A stretch of DNA of 27,750 nucleotides from Candidatus Heimdallarchaeota archaeon (GCA_019057375.1 DXJF01000054.1:1-27750), one strand, 5' to 3'; counted from the stretch's first letter, positions 8,937 through 21,814 are shown. The notes: generated by a model from the sequence alone, not told the origin. Numbers and translations: made by a program.

Positions 8937-10994
8937 TTAGGATTTATAGGTGATTTTTTTCTGAAGTTGTATTGAGTCTGATGAGTTTCCAATGTGAAGT
9001 ATGAAATCACCTGATTCTACTTTCCAATCTTTTGTCTTCATATCATAAAAAGCTAAATCTTTGGATTTTACAATTACTTTTACAGTTTTTGTTTCTCCTT
9101 TCTCTAAGTATACCTTCTCAAATCCTACCAGTTCTTTTACTGGTCTGCTTACAGAAGATTTTACATCTTCTGAATAAACTTGTATAACCTCACTTCCTGC
9201 TCTGTCTCCTGTATTGGTAACTGAGACATTTAGTACTAAGGAATCTTTCATTGATTTCAAGGTGTTTTTATCTGAGCTAACCTCATTGAATTTGAATGTT
9301 GTATAGGATAAGCCAAAACCAAATGGAAACAAAGGTTCAACATTGTTTTTCTCATAATGTCTATAACCAACATAAATTCCCTCTTCATAGTGAAGTTCAA
9401 GATTCTCACCAGGGAAAGATTTAGAAGATTTATGAGCTGGTGAATCTTCTATTCGTTTTGGAAAAGTATGTGGAAGTTTTCCTGAAGGATTCACATCCCC
9501 AAACAATACCCTTGCTATAGCTTTTCCACCCTCCATTCCTGGATACCAAGCTTCTATGAGTGCAGGAATATTGTCTAACCATTCATCCATTGAAACAGGA
9601 TTAGCGTTGATTAATATCACTACAGTGTTAGGATTGATTTTAGCAGTTTCATTGATCAGCTGAATTTGGAAAGCATTTAAACCTAGTTCTCTTCTGTCCA
9701 TTCCTTCTGTTTCATATCCATGTTCTTCTTTGCTTTTAGTTATCTTATCACTAAATAGACTTGATGGGGAATCATGATTCAGCCCCATAAACAAAAGAAC
9801 AACATCAGCTTTAGAAGGATCTTTGATGATTTTTACTCTTCCTTTGCATTTTTCTTTTAATCCTTGAAGTGGTGTAATCTCATAAGGAGGGGTAACAGCT
9901 GCAGCACCACCACTTAAAAATTTTCCAAATTTCCTTTTCAAATTGGGTCCTAAAACTGCGATTTTTTGTATTTTTGTTATATCTAGTGGAAGTACATTGT
10001 TTTCATTCTTTAATAGTACAATCCCTTCTTCTGACATTTTTCTTGCTAATTGTTGATGTCTTCTAGTATTTCTTTCTCCTTTTGGAAGATTTTTTTCATC
10101 TTCAAACATTCCAACTTTTGCATAAACTCTTAGTATTCGTCTAATCAGATGATCAATATCTTCTAAAGTAATTCTTTCTTCAGTAAATGCTTTGTATAAT
10201 TTTGTTTTTTCATACAGAATTGGAATAGGCATTTCAATTGATAGACCAGCTTTAACAGCTTCTTCTGTAGTTGGTTGGGCGATGTCTCTTTCTCTAGTTG
10301 CCCACCAATCAGTCATTACAAATCCAGTGAAACCCCACTTCTCAAAAAGAGTAGACTTTAGAAGTTTAGAACTTCCATTGACATAATCAGAGTTTACGCG
10401 GTTATAAGCTGTCATAATTGTCCAAGGATCAGCTTCTTCTACAATCTCCTTAAAAGCCTTCAAGTAAATTTCATGTAATGTTCTTTCATCGACCACTGAA
10501 TTGACTGTATGTCTGTTAGTTTCTTGGTTATTAGCAACATAGTGTTTGGGACAAGCAGCAATTCTTTGACTCTGTATTCCTTTAACGAATGGGATAGCTA
10601 TCTCCTTATTCAGGTAAGGATCTTCACTATAATACTCGAAAGTACGACCATTGAATGGTGTTCGATTAATGTTGATTCCTGGACCAAGAACGCAAAGTCT
10701 GTTAATAGCTCTAGCTTCTCTTCCTATTGCTTCTCCACATTCGTGTGCTAACTTACGATTCCAAGATGCTGCAAGATTAATTCCTGCTGGAAAATAAGTG
10801 TTTTTTCTAAGAAAACTTGAATGTCGTGAAATACCTAAAGGTCCATCAGTCATCTTGAATGTTTTTATCCCCAATCTAGGTATGGTATTAGTTTGAAATC
10901 TGAAATATCCAACCATCAGCTTAAATTTTTCTTCTAATGATAATTCTTTTAGTAAAGAATCGACTTTAAATTCTACTTCTTCTTCAGAAATCAC
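8937..10994 (-). CDS. Glycoside hydrolase family 3 beta-glucosidase with C-terminal Fn3-like domain, cytoplasmic
   Basis: MTDGPLG, LGPGININRTPFNGRTFEYYSEDP, CPKHY, nucleophile VMTDW, ETEGMDR, AWYPGMEGG, LFPFGFGLSYTTF. GTG start, no signal peptide, no PA14 insert. Confidence 0.95.
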   Translation of the reverse strand: MISEEEVEFKVDSLLKELSLEEKFKLMVGYFRFQTNTIPRLGIKTFKMTDGPLGISRHSSFLRKNTYFPAGINLAASWNRKLAHECGEAIGREARAINRLCVLGPGININRTPFNGRTFEYYSEDPYLNKEIAIPFVKGIQSQRIAACPKHYVANNQETNRHTVNSVVDERTLHEIYLKAFKEIVEEADPWTIMTAYNRVNSDYVNGSSKLLKSTLFEKWGFTGFVMTDWWATRERDIAQPTTEEAVKAGLSIEMPIPILYEKTKLYKAFTEERITLEDIDHLIRRILRVYAKVGMFEDEKNLPKGERNTRRHQQLARKMSEEGIVLLKNENNVLPLDITKIQKIAVLGPNLKRKFGKFLSGGAAAVTPPYEITPLQGLKEKCKGRVKIIKDPSKADVVLLFMGLNHDSPSSLFSDKITKSKEEHGYETEGMDRRELGLNAFQIQLINETAKINPNTVVILINANPVSMDEWLDNIPALIEAWYPGMEGGKAIARVLFGDVNPSGKLPHTFPKRIEDSPAHKSSKSFPGENLELHYEEGIYVGYRHYEKNNVEPLFPFGFGLSYTTFKFNEVSSDKNTLKSMKDSLVLNVSVTNTGDRAGSEVIQVYSEDVKSSVSRPVKELVGFEKVYLEKGETKTVKVIVKSKDLAFYDMKTKDWKVESGDFILHIGNSSDSIQLQKKITYKS

Positions 10995-11158
10995 AAGGTT
11001 ATCATTATTCTAGAAATAATAAATCTTCTGTAGAAAAATCGTTATTTTATTAGCAATTCAATGATTTAAACTAATTTGATTGATTTTACAGTTAGAAGAA
11101 ATATTCATTTACAATAGTTTTTATAGAAGATTCTTAGTGTAAGCTAAGGTTTAACATT

Positions 11159-12124
11159 ATGTCTAAAGGAGAAACTGTTCCAGTAATAGAATTCTGTAAT
11201 GTGTCAAAAAACTATGGAATGATTGAAGCGTTAAAGGATGCTACATTTGGAGTAAATAAAGGTGAAATTTTTGGGTACATAGGCCCTAATGGAGCAGGTA
11301 AAACTACTACTTTAAAGATACTTGTTGGTCTTATTAGTAATCATTCTGGTGATGTGAAAATTAATGGCCAACTTCCTTCAGAAAACCCCAACATCAACAG
11401 ACTAATTGGTTACTTACCTCAGGATGTGGGCTTTCAAGAGTGGAGAACTGTTGATCATGCTCTTGTTACTTTTGGACTATTATCTGGAATGACCAAAGCA
11501 GATTTAGTAGAACGTGTCCCTGAAGTCCTGAAAATAGTAGGTTTACCTGATGCTGGTAAAAGAAAGATTAAACATCTTTCCAGTGGTATGAAACAGAAGC
11601 TTAAACTAGCTCAAGCATTACTTCATAATCCCCCCATTTTGATTCTCGATGAACCTCTCTCTGGTTTAGACCCTACAAGCAGATGGCAGTTGAAGAAAAT
11701 TATAAGAGAATTATCAGAAACTAATGTGACCATTCTCTTTTCCTCACATATTCTTGATGATGTTGAGGATATTGCATCTTCAATTGGAATCATAAATAAA
11801 GGTAGTTTAGCAAAAGTTGGAAAACCCCAGGAATTGCAGAAAGAACTAATGGGAGGAGATGGTGTAGAAGTAACCAGTCCTAATATAGGTGAGAAAATCA
11901 AACAAATAGAATCTTTGTCTCTAGTTGATAGTGCTGTTTTAAACGAATTTGATTCTACTCAAATTACCATAATGTTTATTCCAGATGTGAACCTAGATAA
12001 AGGATTAATTCAACTAATGGACTTTTTTGTTAGCAATCAGATAATTATACATAATTTTAATTATCTTAAGCCGTCTTTAGAGAAGGTTTATCTAAAGTAT
12101 GTTATGGAGGGTGATTCTGCTTGA
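11159..12124 (+). CDS. ABC transporter ATP-binding subunit (ABC-2/drug-export type)
   Basis: Walker A GPNGAGKTT, Q-loop YLPQ, signature LSSGMKQ, Walker B ILDEP, H-loop SSH. Confidence 0.95.
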   Translation: MSKGETVPVIEFCNVSKNYGMIEALKDATFGVNKGEIFGYIGPNGAGKTTTLKILVGLISNHSGDVKINGQLPSENPNINRLIGYLPQDVGFQEWRTVDHALVTFGLLSGMTKADLVERVPEVLKIVGLPDAGKRKIKHLSSGMKQKLKLAQALLHNPPILILDEPLSGLDPTSRWQLKKIIRELSETNVTILFSSHILDDVEDIASSIGIINKGSLAKVGKPQELQKELMGGDGVEVTSPNIGEKIKQIESLSLVDSAVLNEFDSTQITIMFIPDVNLDKGLIQLMDFFVSNQIIIHNFNYLKPSLEKVYLKYVMEGDSA

Positions 12125-12795
12125 AAAGTTTGTTCATATTACTTTGGGACGAATTTAGAGGGTTTGCTAAATCAAAAACAGTGATAGCACTGTGGATAGG
12201 TATGCCTTTAGTGATCATAGTAATGCATTTTCTAAATCCTGTTCAAGGAGATTTTCCGATGACTTTGTTTTCTGGAATTGTTATTGCTAGTATAGGCGGT
12301 TTACTTGCTGCAGTAATTTTGAGTAGTACAATGGCTAATGAAATAAACGCTAATGTTTATGCTTTATTTCTAATTAGACCTGTAAAAAGATGGCAAATTG
12401 TCATTGCCAAATATATTGCATTTATGTTCTCTCTCACAATAGCGGCTCTATTGAGTTTTACTTCTGGTATCATTGTTGACCTAATTCAAAGTCCACTCCC
12501 ATCTGAAGTCTTTAAAGCGATCATTAGTTATTCCTTTGAGAATCTCTTGATATCATTGTCTGCAATGTCTATAGCTTGTGCAGCTGGTTTGGTGATAGGT
12601 ATGCTAGTAAAGTCTGTTGCAATGGCGGTAATTTTATCCATCTATCTAGGTCAACAGATGTCAGTGATAGCTATTTTACCAGGTTACTTTCTAGAAAATG
12701 TTGATCCATGGTTTTTTTCTATAGGCATTGGATTAGCTGCAACAGTTATCATTTTAGCTTTGGGAATATTTGTTTTTCAGAAGAAGCAATTTTAA
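12121..12795 (+). CDS. ABC-2 type transporter permease
   Basis: About six hydrophobic segments and LIRPVKRWQIVIAKY motif. TTG start overlaps the ATPase TGA stop by 4 bp (translational coupling). Confidence 0.85.
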   Translation: MKSLFILLWDEFRGFAKSKTVIALWIGMPLVIIVMHFLNPVQGDFPMTLFSGIVIASIGGLLAAVILSSTMANEINANVYALFLIRPVKRWQIVIAKYIAFMFSLTIAALLSFTSGIIVDLIQSPLPSEVFKAIISYSFENLLISLSAMSIACAAGLVIGMLVKSVAMAVILSIYLGQQMSVIAILPGYFLENVDPWFFSIGIGLAATVIILALGIFVFQKKQF

Positions 12796-12870
12796 TTCCC
12801 ATTATTGTTTTTTTCTCTTAAGTCATTTTGTGTTATTTTTTTCCTAGGTCATTATTTCTATAATGGTAAT

Positions 12871-12885
12871 AAAAAACTTATATAC
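12871..12885 (+). promoter_or_regulatory. BRE/TATA-like promoter of the RING gene
   Basis: AAAAAACTTATATAC, with the TATA element 21-27 nt upstream of the ATG at 12905, consistent with a leaderless transcript. Confidence 0.45.
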
Positions 12886-12904
12886 ACTTAATTTTCTTAT
12901 GCAT

Positions 12905-13435
12905 ATGGATTTGAAAAGCAGAAAATGTTCCTTTTGTGGAAAAAGTCCAGTTAACGTTTATTGGACATTCAAAACCACTGCCCATTGTTCATTTAGGTGC
13001 TATGCTACAAGTTCTGCAGGCCTTCTATTACTTCTATCTGTAATTTTTGGAGCACTTTTTGCAGGTTTGATGATAGGATTTGCTGTTTTAGAAATAAATC
13101 CAGTAATACATATACCTGTTATTGTTGCAATAGTTTTTGGTCCATTACCTGGTTTCATAATTTCGTTTCTAGGTTACAAATATAGGCGAGAAGATAAGAT
13201 TAATCCTCCTGTTAAAACTCAACATAAAGATTTAAAGGGTGTTGAAACAGATTCAAAGCTTATCTGTTCTATATGTAAAGAAGTGATTCTAGATAAACAA
13301 GAAAAAGCAATTGTGGAACCTTGTATGCACGCATTCCATCGTTCTCACTTAGCAAGCTGGACTGCTGAAAACTATAATTGTCCTAATTGTGATAAAAAAA
13401 TAGAAAAAATTACTTTTGTCCATAAAGACAATTAA
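12905..13435 (+). CDS. Membrane-anchored RING-H2-like protein (candidate E3 ubiquitin ligase) with an N-terminal treble-clef zinc finger
   Basis: N-terminal C-x2-C-x16-C-S-x2-C; two TM helices followed by KYRR; C-terminal C-x2-C-x15-C-x-H-x2-H-x2-H-x10-C-x2-C with conserved Trp (HLASW) and CP. Start could be 12863, 12899 or 12905. Confidence 0.75.
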   Translation: MDLKSRKCSFCGKSPVNVYWTFKTTAHCSFRCYATSSAGLLLLLSVIFGALFAGLMIGFAVLEINPVIHIPVIVAIVFGPLPGFIISFLGYKYRREDKINPPVKTQHKDLKGVETDSKLICSICKEVILDKQEKAIVEPCMHAFHRSHLASWTAENYNCPNCDKKIEKITFVHKDN

Positions 13436-13568
13436 TAGGAAATTATATTCTTTGTTTTGATGCAATAATTCTTCAGATATTTGCAAAAACTTCAGCAAAA
13501 ATTCATACTAAGATTTCCTATTACTTATTGGATTCATTGCTGCTAAATATATCGTGGAGAATCACTAA

Positions 13569-13880
13569 CTAAAAACTAACTGAATCATATTGTATTTTCT
13601 TTTCTTTCAACCATTCAAGATAATCGTTAGCATTATCAAATCGATCTTTAATCAACTCCAGAAGCACTGTATGGATATCTTTGACATCAACAGTATGCCA
13701 ATATTCGAAATCAAAGTCATCATAGTGTTTCTTGACAGAATCTCCTGCTTCGTAACCCTCTAGAACTAAATCTCCAGCGTTATTGATATATGCTTCTAGT
13801 CTATGTTGTTCGTTCTTTTCCCAAGTCTCATCTTTGAGTGTGATTCGTTTCATTAGGGTACCATAGAGTATCTTATTCAT
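13569..13880 (-). CDS. Hypothetical soluble protein
   Basis: Only substantial ORF in a 550-bp gap, with protein-like composition (GDLVLEGYEAG, DFEYWHTV, WLKEKKI). Alternative start at 13853. Confidence 0.65.
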   Translation of the reverse strand: MNKILYGTLMKRITLKDETWEKNEQHRLEAYINNAGDLVLEGYEAGDSVKKHYDDFDFEYWHTVDVKDIHTVLLELIKDRFDNANDYLEWLKEKKIQYDSVSF

Positions 13881-13984
13881 ATTTTTTACTGATTTTCATT
13901 AGGGAAAAAACTCCAAAGACAAAATAGTTTTTTAATTCTAAATCCCAATTTTTAAGAAGACCATTATTCAAGAAGGTAGTTCAA

Positions 13985-14467
13985 ATGAGCGTTAAATTCC
14001 TCAGAGAAAATCTTTCATGGAAGAATACGAGATCTGGAATTTTGTTTCTTTCTCTTAGTTCCATATTCTTTATTCTTGCATTTATGTTTATTTTTGCTGG
14101 ATCAAGCAATTTCCTTTATTTACTCAGAATACCTAAAATACCTGTAATTGTTTTACAGATTCTTATGATAGTCATGTCTCTAGCACTTTCATTTAGTCTA
14201 TCCTTTTTATTATCAGAGTGGATACTAGAAAAGAAAAATCCTTTCAAGGTTGATAAATTGTCAGTCAAACACCACGTTTTCTTCTCAATGTTAATGGTAA
14301 TTACAATATTGGATGTTTCATTGTTTTTTGTGAATATTGTGGCTATAATTTGTGCAACACTTGTTTTCTGGCTAGGAAAAACTCGTGTTTGGCGTATACT
14401 TGGCTTCCTAGCAATAAGTTGCTGTCTAGTTGCTCAGTTAACAATCTTCTTACTTATTTGGAGGTAA
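13985..14467 (+). CDS. Hypothetical integral membrane protein (about 4 TM)
   Basis: Four hydrophobic segments separated by basic loops; ends 4 bp before the next gene. Confidence 0.7.
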   Translation: MSVKFLRENLSWKNTRSGILFLSLSSIFFILAFMFIFAGSSNFLYLLRIPKIPVIVLQILMIVMSLALSFSLSFLLSEWILEKKNPFKVDKLSVKHHVFFSMLMVITILDVSLFFVNIVAIICATLVFWLGKTRVWRILGFLAISCCLVAQLTIFLLIWR

Positions 14468-14471
14468 AAAA

Positions 14472-16220
14472 ATGAACAAGATGAAACTCAAAAAAACTCT
14501 GAAAGTTTTAATGATAATCTATACTATAGCACCCTTTGTGGTATGGGGGGGTGTTAATATTGATCTTAAAGTACTCTTTGATCATAGTCCCAATATGTTT
14601 TGGATTCATCTTCCATCAACAGCTCAAATAGATGAAATAAATGAAATGGTAATTGAAGTATGGGATGAATTTGAAAGAATTAGTACTAGTTATAAAGGAC
14701 AGATTAATTTTAATCTTATTTCATATAATCTTACTGATTATCAGACTATCTCAGCATCTAGTGTGGTTTCTAATATTCCCACTAGTTATACTTTCGCGAA
14801 AGTTAATTTTGGGGTTGAAAGGCTCAGTTTTTCAATATCGACTCAAGGAATACATTATATTTTAGCGACAAATACACTAACTGGGAAAACTTTCTGGAGT
14901 AATCCTATACTTGTAGACTACAACCCTATTAAACTAATCTGGGGGGATGTTCATTCTCACTCAATATTTTGTGATGGTGGTGGCTTACCAAGGGAGCTTT
15001 ACAATTATGCAAGATATATTGCTTTGCTTGATTTCTGCTCAGTAACGAGTCATGGGGAATTTTTACATCTCAATGGGGGATTTAATGCACTAGAACAAGC
15101 AACTAATCGAGCTAACGATCCTGGAAAGTTCATCACTTCTCAGGGAGTTGAATGGACAAGTGGTACTGCACCACATGTACCATTAATTGGTTGGGGTCAT
15201 TTTACTAGTATTTTCTCTGGAACTAAACTTGCTCATCTTAGTTCGAGTATACAGAAAAACCCTTCAGAGCTTTGGTCAGAATTAGATCGTTTTACATCTG
15301 AATTTGGTTGTAGAGCTATAGCTCTACCACATCATACAGTTTCAGAGAAATATATCCAAGATTGGCCAGTCTGTTTTGATTATTCTCAATATGTTCGTTT
15401 AGGAGAAGTTTTCTCTGTTCATGGTAGCAGTTTGGTAAATCCATATTCAGAGTGGAATGTTACTGGAGAAATAGATCAGCCATCTTACCAAATTCAAGGA
15501 AGTTCAATTAATGAAGCACTGATGATGGGGTTAAGATTGGGACTAGTAGCAAACGGTGATTCTCATGATGGTTTTCCTGGTCACTCTCTCTCTCATACCA
15601 GAGCTTTTATTGGTCATCAGTATCCACCTACCTATATTCTATCAAGAGTTTCCCATCTATACCCAAGTGGGTTAACTGGTGCATTTGTTTCTGATATTAC
15701 AAGAGACAATATTTTTGATGCTTTATATGATCGAAGAGTACTTGCTAATTCAGACTTTGGAAGACCATATGTTACTTTCAAAATAAACGATGTGGAAGTA
15801 GGAGAAGATGATTCAACGGTTTTTGTAGCAAATTCAACAAGTTTACGAGAGTTAAAACTTTTCATAGCTCAAGATGGAACTCCTCCTGCTGCATATTTAC
15901 AGGCAGCTCAACCATGGAATGGAAATCCTAATTGGAATGCTAAAGTACAAATTTTCAAAAACGGATATTTGTGGAAGGAAGAACTAATTAATGCTCCAGT
16001 TACACAACTCTTTTTCTATGATAATGAAACTATAGTAGGTGCGTCCTATAATAATTGCATTGAAAAGGAAGGAGAGTTTTATATCAATGAAAAATCCCAC
16101 ACACCTGTTAATCCCTCTTCACTAAATACAAACGGAGTAGATTACTATTTTATCAGGATACTTTGTAGTAGAGGTAGAGTAACAGCAATTGGGCCTCTTT
16201 GGGTAGAATCTTTAACTTAA
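14472..16220 (+). CDS. DUF3604/PHP-superfamily metallo-phosphoesterase-like protein, membrane-anchored or secreted
   Basis: SNPILV followed by WGDVHSHS..CDG, DFCSVTSH, GVEWT, ALPHH, GEVFSVHG, GLVANGDSHDGFPG, GLTGAF...RDNIFDALYDRR. N-terminal hydrophobic segment. Confidence 0.8.
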   Translation: MNKMKLKKTLKVLMIIYTIAPFVVWGGVNIDLKVLFDHSPNMFWIHLPSTAQIDEINEMVIEVWDEFERISTSYKGQINFNLISYNLTDYQTISASSVVSNIPTSYTFAKVNFGVERLSFSISTQGIHYILATNTLTGKTFWSNPILVDYNPIKLIWGDVHSHSIFCDGGGLPRELYNYARYIALLDFCSVTSHGEFLHLNGGFNALEQATNRANDPGKFITSQGVEWTSGTAPHVPLIGWGHFTSIFSGTKLAHLSSSIQKNPSELWSELDRFTSEFGCRAIALPHHTVSEKYIQDWPVCFDYSQYVRLGEVFSVHGSSLVNPYSEWNVTGEIDQPSYQIQGSSINEALMMGLRLGLVANGDSHDGFPGHSLSHTRAFIGHQYPPTYILSRVSHLYPSGLTGAFVSDITRDNIFDALYDRRVLANSDFGRPYVTFKINDVEVGEDDSTVFVANSTSLRELKLFIAQDGTPPAAYLQAAQPWNGNPNWNAKVQIFKNGYLWKEELINAPVTQLFFYDNETIVGASYNNCIEKEGEFYINEKSHTPVNPSSLNTNGVDYYFIRILCSRGRVTAIGPLWVESLT

Positions 16221-16303
16221 ACTTATCTAGGATAATATTTGATTTATTTTCTTTAGAATTTGATTTGGCTAGTTTTTTATAGTAACAGTAGCCTATTCTA
16301 CTC

Positions 16304-17425
16304 ATGAGAACGAGAAACTTAATTGGTTTTCTCGTAGGTGGAGCTCTAATAATCACTGGAGTAAGTCTTGGTATTTGGTTAATAGTTGAAAACATTGGAA
16401 TAAACTATGTGACCTATGGAACTCTAACTACTTATGAGGAATTTCCAACAGAATATAGTAATCCAGATGTATATGTTGATTTTGATGGAATAACAGCAAG
16501 TCTGTTTTTAATTTCAGATGTCATGTCAAGTGACAATCTTGTAGAAATAGAGAATACAGTAAGAGGGCCCAAAAATCTAGAAGAACAATATCCTAATGAA
16601 ACAAATTATTGGAATATAACAGAAGGTCCGAATGGCTCATATTATTTGAAATATATAATTGCAAATCCAAGTGAAGTAGATTATCGCTTTAATCATGATA
16701 TTTACATGCAAATAGATAATAGAGCAAATCTATTTCTCGATTTAGATGTTACAACAGGAAGTATAGCAGTAATTACTGAACAAACTAATACTAATGTGGA
16801 CATTGAATCAATTACATGCACTACAGGATCAATTGAGGTTAATTTTGCTGATGCAACTCAAGTCAAAGGAAGTGGCTTAATTTCTACAACAACTGGTACG
16901 ATTACCTTTTCCTGTGATCAAAATGTTTTACTTGATTTAGACGTTTTTGAAGTCACAGCTACTACAGGTAGTATTTACATAGAATTTCATCAGAATACTA
17001 TTTTGAATTCATCCAATTTTCTAGTTAGTGTAATTACAGGGGATATTCAAATTGACTTTTTTGACAGCGTTTTAGTAAACGTTTCAACATTCTTTGCAAC
17101 AGCTGCAACTGGTAGTATTAGTTTTGATTTCGATGAAGTTCTTTTCAAAGATGGACTGAATTTTGATATTGACACAATCACTGGTTCAATTGATTTGTAC
17201 TGGACTCAAGTAAGTATTTTAACTGATCATACATTTACAATTGATATAGGAACAGGAGATATTGACCTAATTCTTAATTTGGATTCTGATATTGGAACTT
17301 TATTTACCGCTTCAGTTGGCACTGGTACCATTGATATCCCTACTGACTCCATAAGCCAAGGTGGTATGGGGCAACTCACATTCATTTTAGATGTTGGTAC
17401 TGGAGATATCGATGCAATAAGGTAG
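16304..17425 (+). CDS. Membrane-anchored protein with DUF4097-like (adhesin-type) beta-strand repeats
   Basis: N-terminal TM helix, then ten (T/G)TG(S/D/T)I repeats about 20-27 aa apart. Acidic, with several N-x-S/T sequons. Confidence 0.7.
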   Translation: MRTRNLIGFLVGGALIITGVSLGIWLIVENIGINYVTYGTLTTYEEFPTEYSNPDVYVDFDGITASLFLISDVMSSDNLVEIENTVRGPKNLEEQYPNETNYWNITEGPNGSYYLKYIIANPSEVDYRFNHDIYMQIDNRANLFLDLDVTTGSIAVITEQTNTNVDIESITCTTGSIEVNFADATQVKGSGLISTTTGTITFSCDQNVLLDLDVFEVTATTGSIYIEFHQNTILNSSNFLVSVITGDIQIDFFDSVLVNVSTFFATAATGSISFDFDEVLFKDGLNFDIDTITGSIDLYWTQVSILTDHTFTIDIGTGDIDLILNLDSDIGTLFTASVGTGTIDIPTDSISQGGMGQLTFILDVGTGDIDAIR

Positions 17426-17477
17426 ATTATTCACAATCTCCTTTCGTTTTTTATTTAACAGAAAAGTTATCAATTAA

Positions 17478-20609
<3,132 letters not shown>

Positions 20610-20622
20610 ATTTGGTAAGATT

Positions 20623-21738
20623 TCAAGAGAAGGAACTGGACTCTTTGTATTTTTTCCAATTTTCATTAAATACTTTGGGACCAAAAATACTCAATCCTAT
20701 TTTTGATTTCCAGATCTCTGGGGCATCTTGAACAAAAACTGATATTTTTCTGTCTTGCTTGAAATCCTCTTCCCAAGGTGAAAGACCTAGACCTGTCTTT
20801 GTGTCTACTACATAGAACCCATCCGGACAAGTTACATATAGTTTGTTGTTAATCCATGAAAGAAGATATTCATTCTGATACCAGATTTTTAAATTAACCC
20901 CTGTATTCATTGATGATTCCACTATTATTTCACCTGCTGTGAAACCTCCCTCTTCAACTCTGGAGAACAGCTTTACTCTTCCAGAGAAAACATGTTCTGC
21001 ATTTGGTAATGTATTTTTAATTGATTCAATTGGGTTAAATCCTTCTTCGTTAGCCTCCCTAACATTCTTTCCTAGTTCAACAGCTAATGAGTAGGTTTTT
21101 GGAATAACAGCTTTTTGAGCTTCCTCTATTCTCATGGGACATCTAGCCACACTTACTGAACCGCCTGATAACCTAGATGCATTTCTGGCAATCAACTCTC
21201 CTCTTACATCATCAATGGTCTCTTTTACGATTTGAATATCCCCGTATTGATTCACTATTGTAAATGGTGCTATAGGAATACCTGCAACTCTTGTTGTACT
21301 AATTGAAATTTTTGGTTTACTTCTTCCACAACAATCTCCATTAATTGCTACTTTTCCCATTTCTGCAGCTACCATCATTGGAATAACGCTATTATTCGGT
21401 CCAAGTTCAGTTGCAACAAATGCACTGAATTCTATATCTAAAAAATTTTCCAATTCTCTGATAGCTGTAATCATTGGCTTTTTCTGAACAATTTCCCGAT
21501 CTTTGACTAGTAGTTTGTCCTCCTCTGTAATGCCGCCCCCCACCATCCCTATTATGCAAATATATTCATCCTGTTTGAAATCGTCTAAATCTGCAATTGT
21601 AAAATTCAAGCCCCTTTCATATATTCTTTTGATATTTGCCAAAGCATTAATTTCACTTCCTCCTCCCCCACAAGCTAGAATTTTTGCTCCTATTACAAGA
21701 TCTATTGATTCTTGTTTTGTTAATTTTCTTATAGTCAT
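20623..21738 (-). CDS. DUF917 family protein
   Basis: GAKILACGGGG, IIGMVGG, ELGPNNS, NGDCCGRSKP, GGFTAG, YQNEYL, VTCPDGF; matches the DUF917 motif series. Confidence 0.8.
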   Translation of the reverse strand: MTIRKLTKQESIDLVIGAKILACGGGGSEINALANIKRIYERGLNFTIADLDDFKQDEYICIIGMVGGGITEEDKLLVKDREIVQKKPMITAIRELENFLDIEFSAFVATELGPNNSVIPMMVAAEMGKVAINGDCCGRSKPKISISTTRVAGIPIAPFTIVNQYGDIQIVKETIDDVRGELIARNASRLSGGSVSVARCPMRIEEAQKAVIPKTYSLAVELGKNVREANEEGFNPIESIKNTLPNAEHVFSGRVKLFSRVEEGGFTAGEIIVESSMNTGVNLKIWYQNEYLLSWINNKLYVTCPDGFYVVDTKTGLGLSPWEEDFKQDRKISVFVQDAPEIWKSKIGLSIFGPKVFNENWKKYKESSSFS

Positions 21739-21814
21739 GTTCTCTGTTTTTTATAAGAATGTGAAGGTTTTTATGCTTTTTCTGTTGAAATGGACAAAAA
21801 CAGTGCGAACGGAT

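Noticed and set aside
13433-13523. Perfect 11-bp inverted repeat TAATAGGAAAT...ATTTCCTATTA that could be MITE ends
   Set aside because: It is AT-rich and short, has no target-site duplication or second copy in the window, and overlaps a stop codon; roughly one such match is expected by chance in a window this size.
21503-21784. Long N-terminal extension of the FAD oxidoreductase in the ORF track
   Set aside because: It overlaps the DUF917 gene on the opposite strand by 236 bp and reads like antisense translation; family similarity begins only around PDYIIDES.
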